A DNA stretch of 64,000 nt, taken from assembly GCA_041730535.1 (NCBI GenBank), contig JBGSBO010000001.1:19843-83842 (forward strand). The letters run 5' to 3'. The DNA is from Minisyncoccia bacterium. Lineage in GTDB: Bacteria > Campylobacterota > Campylobacteria > Campylobacterales > Arcobacteraceae. Positions 51,629 to 61,612 of the stretch are shown one piece after another (position 1 is the first letter of the stretch; every line of letters starts with the position of its first letter). A program made the translations under genes and the position numbers. The notes beneath the pieces were generated by a model. The model did no database searches and was not told the DNA's origin. It worked only from the letters and a program-made list of their open reading frames with translations.

Positions 51629-52420
51629 TTATAGAATAATATTGCTATTTTTTTGAAGTAGAGTAGGTGTATATCCAAAATATTTTTTAAAATTTCTTGT
51701 AAAATGTGATTGATCATTAAATCCTACAAGTAAGCTGGCTTCGCTAATTGTAATTCCTTCTTTGATTAGATTATTTGCTCGATTTAATCTTTCATTTATT
51801 ATAAAAGAGTGTGGAGTTAATCCTATTTCTTTTTTGAAAACCCTTAAGAAATGGTATTTGCTAAGATTACAATTTAAAGCTAAAGTATCAAGGCTGATAT
51901 TTTCATCAATACAATCATTTATAAGTTCTAATGATTTTTTTACAATAAGTTTATTATCAAAAATATCATTATAGTTTTTTGTATATTTTGTAAAATGAAG
52001 TATTAAATATGACAATGAATCAATCAAAAAAGTTTCTATTAAAATTTCATCTTCATTTTTAAAAAATGCATCAAAAAAATTATGAAGTTTGAAAAATAAA
52101 ACTTTATCATTGATAATATGATTTTCAAAAAAAGGTATTTTTTTTTCAAAAAATATTTGCTCATATAAATTTGATAATAATTCAATTGTAGGATAAAAAT
52201 TTGAGTGAGACCAGTGTTTACTAATTCCTTCATGTACTTCATTTGGGTTATTTATTCGAACTGAATATTTATAAAAATCAAAACTTTTATTTGAATTATA
52301 TGTTTTTAATACTCCATCATATGTAAGTCCCACTGTGTATGTATCATGATAGTGTTTTGAAAAACTTTCATTTATATGGGTAACATTTTCAAATAGAGTA
52401 TTTTTTAGTAGTTTTGTCAT
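51629..52420 (-). CDS. AraC family regulator
   Basis: HYHDTY cupin, LSKYHFLRVFK, GFNDQSHFTRNFK. Confidence 0.93.
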   Translation of the reverse strand: MTKLLKNTLFENVTHINESFSKHYHDTYTVGLTYDGVLKTYNSNKSFDFYKYSVRINNPNEVHEGISKHWSHSNFYPTIELLSNLYEQIFFEKKIPFFENHIINDKVLFFKLHNFFDAFFKNEDEILIETFLIDSLSYLILHFTKYTKNYNDIFDNKLIVKKSLELINDCIDENISLDTLALNCNLSKYHFLRVFKKEIGLTPHSFIINERLNRANNLIKEGITISEASLLVGFNDQSHFTRNFKKYFGYTPTLLQKNSNIIL

Positions 52421-52471
52421 TGGGAATTATATCAAAATAAGTAGTATTTAAAAGGCTTGAAAAAAGCGTAT

Positions 52472-53755
52472 TTACGCTTTTTTCTTTTTCAACATTATAA
52501 GAGTAACTCCAATTATTGCTGCTATAAATGAAGCTGTAAATACTCCTAATTTTACCGCTGCTATAATTGTTTCATCGCTAAAAGCAAGATGGGTAATAAA
52601 AATAGACATTGTAAATCCAATTCCACCTAGGAATCCAACTGCAATTACATCACCCCATGAAATTTCATCTGGTTTTTTAATAATTCCTATTTTAGTAGCT
52701 AAATAAGTAAATCCAAAAATACCAATTGGTTTTCCTATTACCAATCCTAAAACAACACCTAAAACAATCATTAAATTTGCATTTATTGTAGAGAAATCAA
52801 TAATAACACCAGCATTTGAAAATGCAAATAAAGGCATGATAAAAAATGCAGATAAACCATGTAAATTATGTTCAAGTCTTACTAAAGGATTTTGAACTTT
52901 ATCATATCCATGGGCAATATCTTCAAGGGCATCTATTTGATGGTGATTTAAAACAGGAATTGGATCCATGTGTTTCTCAAATTCATTTACTGAATTTCTT
53001 GTTTTTTCAATAAATTTATCTTCATTTATTTTTGAACTAATAGGAATTGCAAAAGCTAATAAAACCCCAGCGATTGTTGCATGAATCCCAATTTCATGGA
53101 TAAATATCCATAAAAAAATACCTAAAATCAAATAAGGTAAAATCTTTTTTACACCCAAATAGTTTAATAACCAAATAAGAGCATAAGTAACACCTGCATG
53201 AATAAAGTATTCAGCTTTTATTTCGCTTGTATAAACGGTAGCAACAACTAAAACAGCTCCTAAGTCATCAACAACAGCAAGGGCCACTAAAAATAGTTTT
53301 AAAGCTGGGTTTACTCTTGTTCCTAAAAGCATTAAAATACCAAGAGCAAAAGCAATATCAGTTGCCATTGGAATACCAAATCCTAAAGGATTATCAGTAT
53401 TTAAAGCCACATAAATAAGAGCTGGAACTACCATTCCCCCAATTGCTGCAACTATTGGAAATGAAGCTTTTGCCACTGAAGAAAGTTCACCTATTACCAT
53501 TTCTCTTTTGATTTCAAGACCAACCATTAGAAAAAACAAAGCCATAAGCCCATCATCAATCCAATATGTTAAACTCATAGACATTGTTTTATCACCAAGT
53601 GTAATTCCTAATGGCATTTGCCATAAATCATGATAACTTTGTCCTAAAGCCGAATTTGCAACAATCACAGCAGCAATTGTTGCTAGAAATAGTAATATCC
53701 CACTAAGTGCTTCTTTTGAGATAAAATCCTCAATAATTAAAAACTTTTTAAGCAT
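52472..53755 (-). CDS. nhaA: Na+/H+ antiporter NhaA
   Basis: DGLMALFF..VGLEIKRE, PMATDIAFA, LAVVDDLGA, GIGFTMSIF. Confidence 0.96.
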   Translation of the reverse strand: MLKKFLIIEDFISKEALSGILLFLATIAAVIVANSALGQSYHDLWQMPLGITLGDKTMSMSLTYWIDDGLMALFFLMVGLEIKREMVIGELSSVAKASFPIVAAIGGMVVPALIYVALNTDNPLGFGIPMATDIAFALGILMLLGTRVNPALKLFLVALAVVDDLGAVLVVATVYTSEIKAEYFIHAGVTYALIWLLNYLGVKKILPYLILGIFLWIFIHEIGIHATIAGVLLAFAIPISSKINEDKFIEKTRNSVNEFEKHMDPIPVLNHHQIDALEDIAHGYDKVQNPLVRLEHNLHGLSAFFIMPLFAFSNAGVIIDFSTINANLMIVLGVVLGLVIGKPIGIFGFTYLATKIGIIKKPDEISWGDVIAVGFLGGIGFTMSIFITHLAFSDETIIAAVKLGVFTASFIAAIIGVTLIMLKKKKA

Positions 53756-54134
53756 TTTCTTCCTTTTTATTTAAACAATATTTACAAATACCTTTTATTA
53801 TTATATTTTCAATTTTATACTCAGGTAAGTTAAAATCAATTTTTTTGTGAATGCACTCAATTTTTGAACATGATGAACAAATAAAGTGTGAATGAGGAGT
53901 TTTTGAAATTTCAAAATATCTTTTTTTATCATTTGATTCAAATGAACTTATAAGAGATTCTTCTTCAAAAATTGTTATATTTCTATAAAAAGTTGCTTTA
54001 TCCATAGAAATATTGTCTTTCATATCTTCATACGACAAAGGTTTATTTGAATTTATCAAAAGCTCCAAGATAGATTTTCTAGCGCTTGTTAGTTTGATAT
54101 TTGTAATGTTTGTTAAGTTATTTATTTTATCCAT
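53748..54134 (-). CDS. Fur-family regulator (Zur-like)
   Basis: DKATFYRN, HSHFICSSC and GICKYC; divergent from the metal SBP gene. Confidence 0.85.
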   Translation of the reverse strand: MDKINNLTNITNIKLTSARKSILELLINSNKPLSYEDMKDNISMDKATFYRNITIFEEESLISSFESNDKKRYFEISKTPHSHFICSSCSKIECIHKKIDFNLPEYKIENIIIKGICKYCLNKKEENA

Positions 54135-54178
54135 GGTAAATATTATAGCAATTTAATTTTAAACTTACTTTTTATTTT

Positions 54179-54240
54179 TACGACTAAGTTGCATTAAAGA
54201 GAAATTTAATTAAAATTCGCAAAACTGCAACTTTGTTGCA
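54179..54240. promoter_or_regulatory. Candidate Fur-family (Zur-like) boxes: TGCAACTTTGTTGCA (54226-54240) and degenerate TACGACTAAGTTGCA (54179-54193)
   Basis: 6-3-6 palindrome present twice between the regulator and the SBP gene. Confidence 0.6.
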
Positions 54241-54256
54241 AGAATAAAGGAATTTT

Positions 54257-55132
54257 ATGAAAAAAATTATATTTTTATTTATTGTTATGTTTTCATTTTT
54301 AAATGCTTCAACACAAGAATTAACAGTAAATATTTTACCTCAAAAATATTTTGTTGAAAAAATAGTAAAAGATAAATTTACTATAAATGTTATGGTAAAA
54401 CCAGGTGCTTCTCCACATAATTTTGAGCCAAAACCATCTCAAATGAAATCTTTAGTTGCTTCAAAAGTTTATTTTTTAATTGGTGATGCGACCGAAAAAA
54501 ATTGGATTGAAAAATTTAAACAAAATGCAAAAAATACTTTGTTTGTAGATACAACAATTGGTGTTGAAAAAATCGAAATGGCAAAACATGAGCATGAGGA
54601 AGTTGCAGAACACAAAGATGAGAAAGACGAAGAACACGACCATTCAGGTTTAGACCCACATATTTGGCTTGACCCAGTTCTTGTGAAAATTCAAGCAAAA
54701 AATATTTATGAAGCTATGATTAAAATCGATTCAGCAAATAGTGATTTTTACAAAACAAATTATGAAGAGTTTTTAAAAGAACTTGAAACTTTAGATTCAA
54801 ATATAAAAACTATTTTAGCACCACATAAAGATAAAGCATTTATGGTATTTCATCCTTCTTGGGGATATTTTGCAAAAAGATATGACTTAGAACAAATTTC
54901 TATTGAAATAGAAGGTAAAGAACCAAAACCAAATGAATTAGTAGAATTAATTGAAGAATCAAAAAAACATGATATAAAAATTATTTTTGTATCTCCTCAA
55001 TTTTCACAAAAAAGCGCACAAGCAATTTCTAAAAATATTGGTGCCAATGTAGTTGCAATTGACCCATTATCAGATAATTGGAATGAAAATTTGCAAAAAG
55101 TTGCAAATGAAATAGCAAACAGTTATAAATGA
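54257..55132 (+). CDS. Zinc/metal ABC substrate-binding protein (ZnuA family)
   Basis: PGASPHNFEP, His/Glu-rich loop, DPHIWLDP, FHPSWGYF. Confidence 0.92.
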   Translation: MKKIIFLFIVMFSFLNASTQELTVNILPQKYFVEKIVKDKFTINVMVKPGASPHNFEPKPSQMKSLVASKVYFLIGDATEKNWIEKFKQNAKNTLFVDTTIGVEKIEMAKHEHEEVAEHKDEKDEEHDHSGLDPHIWLDPVLVKIQAKNIYEAMIKIDSANSDFYKTNYEEFLKELETLDSNIKTILAPHKDKAFMVFHPSWGYFAKRYDLEQISIEIEGKEPKPNELVELIEESKKHDIKIIFVSPQFSQKSAQAISKNIGANVVAIDPLSDNWNENLQKVANEIANSYK

Positions 55133-56612
55133 TAAAATATTTATTTCTATTTTTACTTTTAAAGAGCATGGTTTTTGCCTGCTCTTTATGTTCTGTTTAT
55201 ACACCAAAAACCCATGTAACAACTTCCATAAAAGCCGATAAAACTCATATAAAAACACTTTATGTGAATTGGAGTTTTGCCCCTGAGTTTACAAAAGAGT
55301 TATTCCAATTATATGATTTGGATTTGAATGCTAGTTTTAATGAAAAAGAATTAAAACTAATCGAAGATGCTTTAATAGCCTATTTAAAACCTAAAAATTT
55401 CTTAACAAAAATATCTTATGATAAACAAATAAATGAAAAATCAAATCCTTTTACAATAAAAAATTATAAAATGAATTATAAAGATGCTATTTTGAGTTTT
55501 GAATATAATATTGATTTAAATTACAAACTTTATGATAAAAATATTTTAAATATATATATATTTGATAATGAAAACTACTTTTTTATAATCTTTGATGAGA
55601 AAAAACAGTTACTTAATATTCCCTATAAAATCACAAAACAAACAAATATAAATGATGTTTCTTTTACTATAAATGATTCTTCTTTACCTATTTTTCAAGA
55701 GCAAGAAAAAGAAGAAATAAAAGTAGAAAAGATTATTGATGAAAAAATAAAAAATCCAGAACCAAAACAAGTTGTAGAAGAAACAAAGATTGAAGAATCA
55801 AAAATCAAAGATGAAAATCTATTAAATAAATTTACTCAAAATATAAAAAAATATTTACTTGATATAGAAAAAGGTGAAGATAAATTTGCACTATTTTTTC
55901 TTTTGATAGCTTCGTTTTTATATGGAGTTTTACACGCTCTTGGACCAGGACATGGTAAAGCATTGGTATTTTCATATTTTTCTGCTCAAAAAAGTACGTA
56001 TTTACAAGCTTTTGTAATTTCTCTTGCAACGGCTTTTGTACATATTATTGGGGCATTAATTTTAGTGTTAGTTTCTGTATTTGTACTTCAAAGTGTTTTA
56101 AATAGATTTATGGAAGATTCTATTTCTTATATTACAGCCTTATCTGCTGTTATTATTATGTTTTTGGCACTATATATTTTATATAGAAAGTTAAATAAAA
56201 AATCATATTCATGTTGTTCTTGTAATATTGATTTGAAAAGTACAAGTTTTTCTACAAATTCATCTACTATGAATTTTGTAAAAACAAGTGCAAATAAACC
56301 AATCATTGATACAAAAGCTAGAAAAAACAAGATTTACTTTTTGTATTAACAGCAGGGATTATTCCATGCCCTGGGACTGTTTTATTATTTGTTTATGCAT
56401 TTTTATTAAAAACATATTTTTCTGTGTTATTAGCTAGTATTGCCATTAGTCTTGGTATGGCTATAATTATTTTTGCTTCTTCATTTTTGGGAGTTTCTTT
56501 AGGAAAAGTATCAGAAAAATCGGAAAAAATTAAAAATATCTTAGAAATTCTTGCACCAATTTTTATGTTTATATTAGGATTATTACTTTTATTAAATTCA
56601 AATAGTTTTTGA
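55129..56612 (+). CDS. DUF1007-like periplasmic domain fused to an RcnA/HoxN-type Ni/Co transporter; one-base frameshift in the A6 run at 56322-56327
   Basis: CSLC N-terminus and YGVLHALGPGHGK; the missing AGIIPCPG motif and last TMs lie in another frame and end at 56612. Confidence 0.8.
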
Positions 56613-56631
56613 TTTTTATTTAGATTTTTTA

Positions 56632-57186
56632 TCAAAGCATTTTTATCATATGGTGATAATTATGTTTTGATACATTTAAAATACTATTTTTTCTAAAGCC
56701 TATTTTTTCATAAAGTTTCAAAGCTTTTTGGTTTTCAAAATCAACTAAAAGAGATATTTTTTTGAAGCCTAAATCTTTTGCTTTTTTTTCAATAAAAATA
56801 AATAACTCTTTTGCTATTCCATTTCCTTGAAACTTTTCAAAAACACTTACTGTATCAATATAAAATTCATCTTTAAAACACTCTTTATCAAAGCTTTTTA
56901 AAAACATATTTTTTGATTTTAAATGGTTTAAAATAGGAGTATCAAGTTCTTTTATCTTATTTGAATTATAAGCTATTATCAATCCTGCTAATTCATTTTC
57001 TATTTTATAAGTGTAAATATTATTGTAACTTATTCTATTTATATCCATTGATATGTATAAATCTAATGTTTCTAAGATTTTATTTCTTTCATTTTCTCCC
57101 GTTAGGGTATTTGCTATTGTTCCAATGGCATTTAAAATAAGTAGTGAAAGGTTTGTAATATTTTCTTTTTTTGCTTGTTGTATCAT
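56632..57186 (-). CDS. GNAT family acetyltransferase
   Basis: FYIDTVSV..FQGNGIA and N.KALKLYEKIGF motifs. Confidence 0.9.
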   Translation of the reverse strand: MIQQAKKENITNLSLLILNAIGTIANTLTGENERNKILETLDLYISMDINRISYNNIYTYKIENELAGLIIAYNSNKIKELDTPILNHLKSKNMFLKSFDKECFKDEFYIDTVSVFEKFQGNGIAKELFIFIEKKAKDLGFKKISLLVDFENQKALKLYEKIGFRKNSILNVSKHNYHHMIKML

Positions 57187-57277
57187 AGGTATTCTTATTT
57201 TTTAATTTTTATTTATTCTAACATTTTTCAACTAACAGATAATTGTTTCTATTATTTCATAATTTAAGAAGAGCGAT

Positions 57278-57820
57278 TTAGTTAAATTCTATTTTTGAAT
57301 TAAAAATATTTTTAAATATTTTTAATTTATTTCTTGATGGCAACCATTTAATCAACACTGTTGCTAAAGCTTCCCAAAGTGAAACCCAACCTCCAACCAT
57401 AGCTCCCTCGGAAATAAGTCTGATATAAAACTCCTCGTTTTCAGCTAAATTAAAAGATATTGAGACAAAAACAAAACCAATAATAAGAAAAATAAAAGAG
57501 TTTTTTATCTGTTCTTTCATCTTTTTTTGTTCCCAATATTGCAAATATTCAAAATAATCTTTTATACTATTTCTCACTTTTTTATTTGATTCTTCATTTG
57601 ATATTTCATCAAAATAAAATTTAATAATAAAAGGATGATTTCCTATTTCTTCAACACTTTGAATCAGATATTTTTCTAAAGATTCTTTTAAATCTTTTTT
57701 TATAAAAGTAGATTTTTTATCATAATCTTCAAATAAATCTTCAACTTTTGCTGCTGAAATATTTATTACAAGTTCATTATTTGAGTTTTTGTCATATCTG
57801 CTTGTTATGCTATTTTTCAT
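57278..57820 (-). CDS. Conserved hypothetical protein with two C-terminal TM helices
   Basis: 180-aa ORF with EGAMVGGWVSLWE pattern. Confidence 0.7.
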   Translation of the reverse strand: MKNSITSRYDKNSNNELVINISAAKVEDLFEDYDKKSTFIKKDLKESLEKYLIQSVEEIGNHPFIIKFYFDEISNEESNKKVRNSIKDYFEYLQYWEQKKMKEQIKNSFIFLIIGFVFVSISFNLAENEEFYIRLISEGAMVGGWVSLWEALATVLIKWLPSRNKLKIFKNIFNSKIEFN

Positions 57821-57870
57821 TAGTGGTTCTTTTTAGTTTTATTAATTCTACAATTAATATTATATCCTTT

Positions 57871-58046
57871 TCATCAAAAGCAATAAAATTTAGACAATGG
57901 GCAACATCAGTACTTAAAATCTCAAATAAAAATATATACTCAAAGTATCTCAAAACAGTTGAATTTAGACTTTCAAAAATATAACTTTCAATATAAAAAT
58001 ATAGAACTAAAAGAGGAGATTAAAGAGATTGATTTGTGTGATTTTA
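57871..58046 (+). pseudogene. Collapsed relic of a RhuM/PLD-like gene plus repeat tail
   Basis: KAIKFRQWATSVLK resembles 59842-59895; 57923-58014 is nearly identical to 61203-61294; ends in the array repeat. Confidence 0.75.
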
Positions 58047-58050
58047 GTTA

Positions 58051-58413
58051 TTAAGATTTCATACTAGAAATTAAAATATCATTGCACAACTTCAATAATT
58101 CAGGTAGTCCATATCTTATTGCGGTTTCGATTATAGATAAATTAACGCCATCGTAGTCATGAGCTATAAATGTTCGAATATCATAAACACCTTTTAAATC
58201 ATCTGATGAGAAATATTTAATAAGTGATGAATCTACTTTTTTTAATTTATCAAATTGTTCTGCAATAGCAACAAGATGCATCAAAATAGCTGGACGGAAC
58301 ACTTCTGCATCTTTTAAAGCTTTTGATACTTTCCCATCAAATTTTAAAACAATATTTTGAATATGGGTAATTTTTTCTATTATAGTTGTGATTCTTTGAA
58401 TGTCTTTAGACAT
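58051..58413 (-). CDS. HEPN (DUF86/HepT-like) RNase toxin
   Basis: RTFIAHDY (Rx4H) motif; downstream of the MNT gene. Confidence 0.88.
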   Translation of the reverse strand: MSKDIQRITTIIEKITHIQNIVLKFDGKVSKALKDAEVFRPAILMHLVAIAEQFDKLKKVDSSLIKYFSSDDLKGVYDIRTFIAHDYDGVNLSIIETAIRYGLPELLKLCNDILISSMKS

Positions 58414-58723
58414 AAATAGCCTTCGATATTATTTCCTCTTTGATTCTTTGATTGAGTCCCGATGGAGAGGTTAAATCAACTTTAGTATGAAATAATGACG
58501 ACAGTTCTTCTTGTATCTGTAGCACTTTTGAGACAGATTTAAAGCCTTTGTATTTTTCTAAAAAAGAGTTGTCTACTTCATAAAGTAAGTCTATATCACT
58601 TGAGTTATTTTGGGAGTTTGTAGCGTATGAACCAAAAAGTGCAATTATATTAAAACCATCTTGTTGGTATTTTGATTTAACACTTTTTAACTTGTCTATT
58701 ACAACTTCTCTTTGCATAATCAA
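58406..58723 (-). CDS. Minimal nucleotidyltransferase antitoxin (MntA-like)
   Basis: LFGSYA...SDIDLL and KVDL motifs. Confidence 0.9.
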   Translation of the reverse strand: MIMQREVVIDKLKSVKSKYQQDGFNIIALFGSYATNSQNNSSDIDLLYEVDNSFLEKYKGFKSVSKVLQIQEELSSLFHTKVDLTSPSGLNQRIKEEIISKAIYV

Positions 58724-58929
58724 ACTCTCCTTTTGTATAAATCTTAGTTCTTTATTGTAGCATAAAATTTTTACAAGAAATATTTAATAATTTTATATAA
58801 TCATATTGAAATCTTTGGGCTTTAAGTTCAGAGTTTTTTTCTTTTATAAATATTGCAATTTGTTATGTTTTTAGATAAAAATAAAATTTTATGTTATTGT
58901 TTTTGGAATTAAATTGTAAGGTAAATAAA

Positions 58930-59458
58930 ATGGAAAAAACAAATCAAATTCTAAATAATATTGCTCTTGATGATAAAATTTTTATTATAAGAGGTATTCA
59001 AGTGATGATAGATAAAGACTTAGCAGAACTTTATCAGGTAGAAACACGAGCATTAAATCAAGCTGTGAAAAGAAATATAGAAAAATTTCCAAGTGATTTG
59101 ATGTTTGAATTGACTGAGAGTGAAAAAAATGAGCTTATCACAAAATGTGATAACATACAAAAGCTTAAATTTAATCCATCAAAAGTGAAAGTTTTTACAG
59201 AGCATGGAGTTTATATGCTTTCAACAGTTTTAAAAAGTAAAGTTGCAACAGATGTGAGTTTAACAATTATGCGAACTTTTGTGAGACTAAAAAATCAATC
59301 TGTACCATACTTTGATATCATCAAACGACTTGAAAAACTAGAAACAAATGATAAAGATACAAGAGAACTTTTGCAAAAAGTGGTGCCATGTGGTTTCTAA
59401 TATGCAAAATATTCAAGATGAAGCAAAAGAAGGGATTAAGAAAATTGGGTTTGTGTGA
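58930..59458 (+). CDS. ORF6N-domain protein ending ...KKIGFV; apparent one-base insertion near 59386
   Basis: IRGIQVMIDKDLAELY, LNQAVKRN, FPSDLMFEL, FTEHGV.MLS. Removing one C gives VVHVVSNMQNIQDEAKEGIKKIGFV*. Confidence 0.8.
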
Positions 59459-59544
59459 TTTTATATTGCAATTTGTTATATTTTTTAAGAAAAATAAAAT
59501 TTTATGTTATTGTTTTGTATGTATAAAATTTAGGAGTATTAAAC

Positions 59545-60393
59545 ATGGAAACAATATCAGATATAGTTGTCTATGAAAATGGTGAGATAGAGTTAAAAAT
59601 ATCTGCTGATAAGGATACTATTTGGGCTAGTATCAATGATATTGCAAAAGTTTTTGATATAGATAGAAGTGTTGTATCAAAACATATTAAAAATATTTTT
59701 AAAGATAATGAATTAGATGAAAAAGTGGTATGTGCAAATTTTGCACATACCACAAAACATGGTTCACTATCAGATAAAACACAAACAAGAGATATTAAGT
59801 ATTATAATTTAGATATTGTTTTAGCAGTAGGTTATAGAACAAGTTCTACTAAAGCTATCCATTTTAGACAATGGGCAAGCTCTGTGCTTAAAAATTATAT
59901 TCAAAATGGTTATGTTATTAATACTCATAAAATTACAGAACAAAGATTAACCGTTCTTGAAAATGATATACAGATTATCAAATCCCACATCAAAAATAAT
60001 ACATTAGAAATCAAACACGGAATATTTTTTAATGGGCAAATATTTGATGCTTATGTGCTTTTATCAGATTTAATAAAAAGTGCAAAAGTCTCAATTACTT
60101 TGATTGATAATCATGTAGATGAATCAATATTAAACTTATTTTCAAAAAATCAAAATGTAAAATTTACTATTTTTACTCAAAATATATCCAAAGAATTACA
60201 ACTTGATATTCAAAAATACAATAAACAATATACTAATCTGGAAGTAAAAATCAGTAAAAAATTTCATGATAGATTTCTCATTTGTGACGAAACTGTATAT
60301 CATTTTGGAGCAAGTTTTAAGGACTTGGGAAATAAAATATTTGCAGTTAATAGGATGAATATTTTTGTAAATGATTTGTTAAAGAATATATAA
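59545..60393 (+). CDS. RhuM-family DNA-binding domain fused to a PLD-like C-terminal domain
   Basis: YYNLDIVLAVGYR...FRQWA (RhuM); LIDNHVDE and FHDRFLICD..VYHFGASFKD (PLD-like). Confidence 0.8.
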   Translation: METISDIVVYENGEIELKISADKDTIWASINDIAKVFDIDRSVVSKHIKNIFKDNELDEKVVCANFAHTTKHGSLSDKTQTRDIKYYNLDIVLAVGYRTSSTKAIHFRQWASSVLKNYIQNGYVINTHKITEQRLTVLENDIQIIKSHIKNNTLEIKHGIFFNGQIFDAYVLLSDLIKSAKVSITLIDNHVDESILNLFSKNQNVKFTIFTQNISKELQLDIQKYNKQYTNLEVKISKKFHDRFLICDETVYHFGASFKDLGNKIFAVNRMNIFVNDLLKNI

Positions 60394-60527
60394 AATATTT
60401 AAAATGAAGTAAAAGAGGAGATTAAGAAAATTGGGTTTGTGTGATTTTATATTGCAAAATGTCATATTTTTAAATCAAAATAGATTCATTTGATATGATT
60501 AAAAAAATAAATAGTTGGGACTTAGCG

Positions 60528-61442
60528 ATGAATGAAATAGCAACAATAGATAAACAAAACCTACAAGATAAAATTTACACTATTCGTGGACTTCAAGTGA
60601 TGCTTGATAGAGATTTAGCAGACCTTTACAATGTAGAAACCAAAAATTTGAATCGTGCAGTTAATAGAAATATAGAGAGATTTCCTCAAAGTTTTAGATT
60701 TCAACTTACACAAGAAGAGTACGAAAACTTGAGGTCTCAATCTGACAACTTAAGTTCAAAAGATTCTTTAAGGTTCCAATTTGGCACCTTAGAAAATGCT
60801 CGTGGGAAGCATAGAAAATATTTACCTTATGTATTTACAGAGCAGGGTGTATCGATGCTTTCAGCTGTTTTACGAAGTGATATTGCTATTAAAATAAGCA
60901 TTCAAATTATAGAAGCTTTTGTAAATATGAGAAAAATCATATCACAAAACATCATTGCTTATGAAAGGTTTGAAAGAATTGAACAAAGATTATCTTTACA
61001 CGATAACAACTTTGATAAACTTTTTGATGCACTAGAAAACAAAGTCAAAAAACCTAGTGAAGGGATATTTTATGATGGACAAATTTATGATGCCTATGCC
61101 TTTATAAATGATTTGCTTAAGAGTGCAAAAAGTGAAGTGTTGCTAGTAGATAATTATATTGATGATACAGTATTTACACTTTTTAGCAAATATCAAAATT
61201 TACAAATAAAAATATATACACAAAGTATCTCAAAACAGTTGAATTTAGATTTTCAAAAATATAGCTCTCAATATAAAAATATAGAACTAAAAGAGTTCAA
61301 AAAAGCTCATGATAGATTTCTTATTATTGATAAAAAAGAGATTTATCACATTGGAGCTAGTCTTAAAGATTTGGGTAAAAAGTGGTTTGCTTTTTCAAAA
61401 TTTGAGATGGAAGCTTTGGAAGTTTTAGAGAGGCTAAAATGA
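60528..61442 (+). CDS. ORF6N domain fused to a PLD-like C-terminal domain
   Basis: IRGLQVMLDRDLA, FTEQGVSMLS; LVDNYIDD and AHDRFLIID..IYHIGASLKD. Confidence 0.85.
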   Translation: MNEIATIDKQNLQDKIYTIRGLQVMLDRDLADLYNVETKNLNRAVNRNIERFPQSFRFQLTQEEYENLRSQSDNLSSKDSLRFQFGTLENARGKHRKYLPYVFTEQGVSMLSAVLRSDIAIKISIQIIEAFVNMRKIISQNIIAYERFERIEQRLSLHDNNFDKLFDALENKVKKPSEGIFYDGQIYDAYAFINDLLKSAKSEVLLVDNYIDDTVFTLFSKYQNLQIKIYTQSISKQLNLDFQKYSSQYKNIELKEFKKAHDRFLIIDKKEIYHIGASLKDLGKKWFAFSKFEMEALEVLERLK

Positions 61443-61555
61443 AGCAAAAGAGGGGATTGAGAAAATTTGGTTTGTGTGATTTTAGATAAATTTTTCTATA
61501 ATATTTTTAAGTATTAGCTCTGGAAGTTTAGACTTCTTTGCTCGTTCCTTGTAGG

Positions 61556-61602
61556 ACAATAAAAAAGCCTTGCCTTTTGGTGGGGCTTTTTTATTGTTTT
61601 TT
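61556..61602. terminator. Bidirectional intrinsic terminator
   Basis: ACAATAAAAAAGCC...GGCTTTTTTATTGT 14-bp stem between convergent genes. Confidence 0.8.
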
Positions 61603-61612
61603 CATTCTAAGG

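Larger units (their letters stand above)
58009..61484 (+). repeat. Dispersed ~46-bp direct repeat at 58009-58046 (partial), 59418-59463, 60404-60449 and 61439-61484; second ~54-bp repeat at 58850-58904, 59463-59516 and partial 60449-60471
   Basis: ATGAAGyAAAAGArGrGATTrAGAAAATTkGGTTTGTGTGATTTTA follows each gene; ATATTGCAA..TGT.AT.TTTTT... precedes each gene. Confidence 0.85.

Noticed and set aside
23515-59753. Short nested or antisense ORFs in host genes (e.g. 26291..26665, 38063..38326, 43858..44166, 57748..57984, 59388..59576)
   Set aside because: Shadow ORFs of real genes, or read-through across relic and repeat DNA.
58009-61484. Dispersed repeats as a CRISPR array or integron attC sites
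   Set aside because: Spacing is about 1 kb with whole genes between copies, the repeats are not palindromic with RYYYAAC/GTTRRRY ends, and no cas or integron integrase gene is present.
61514-61545. Small GAAGT-TTAG-ACTTC hairpin as an sRNA or REP element
   Set aside because: Single short stem, no second copy seen in the window and no clear promoter.
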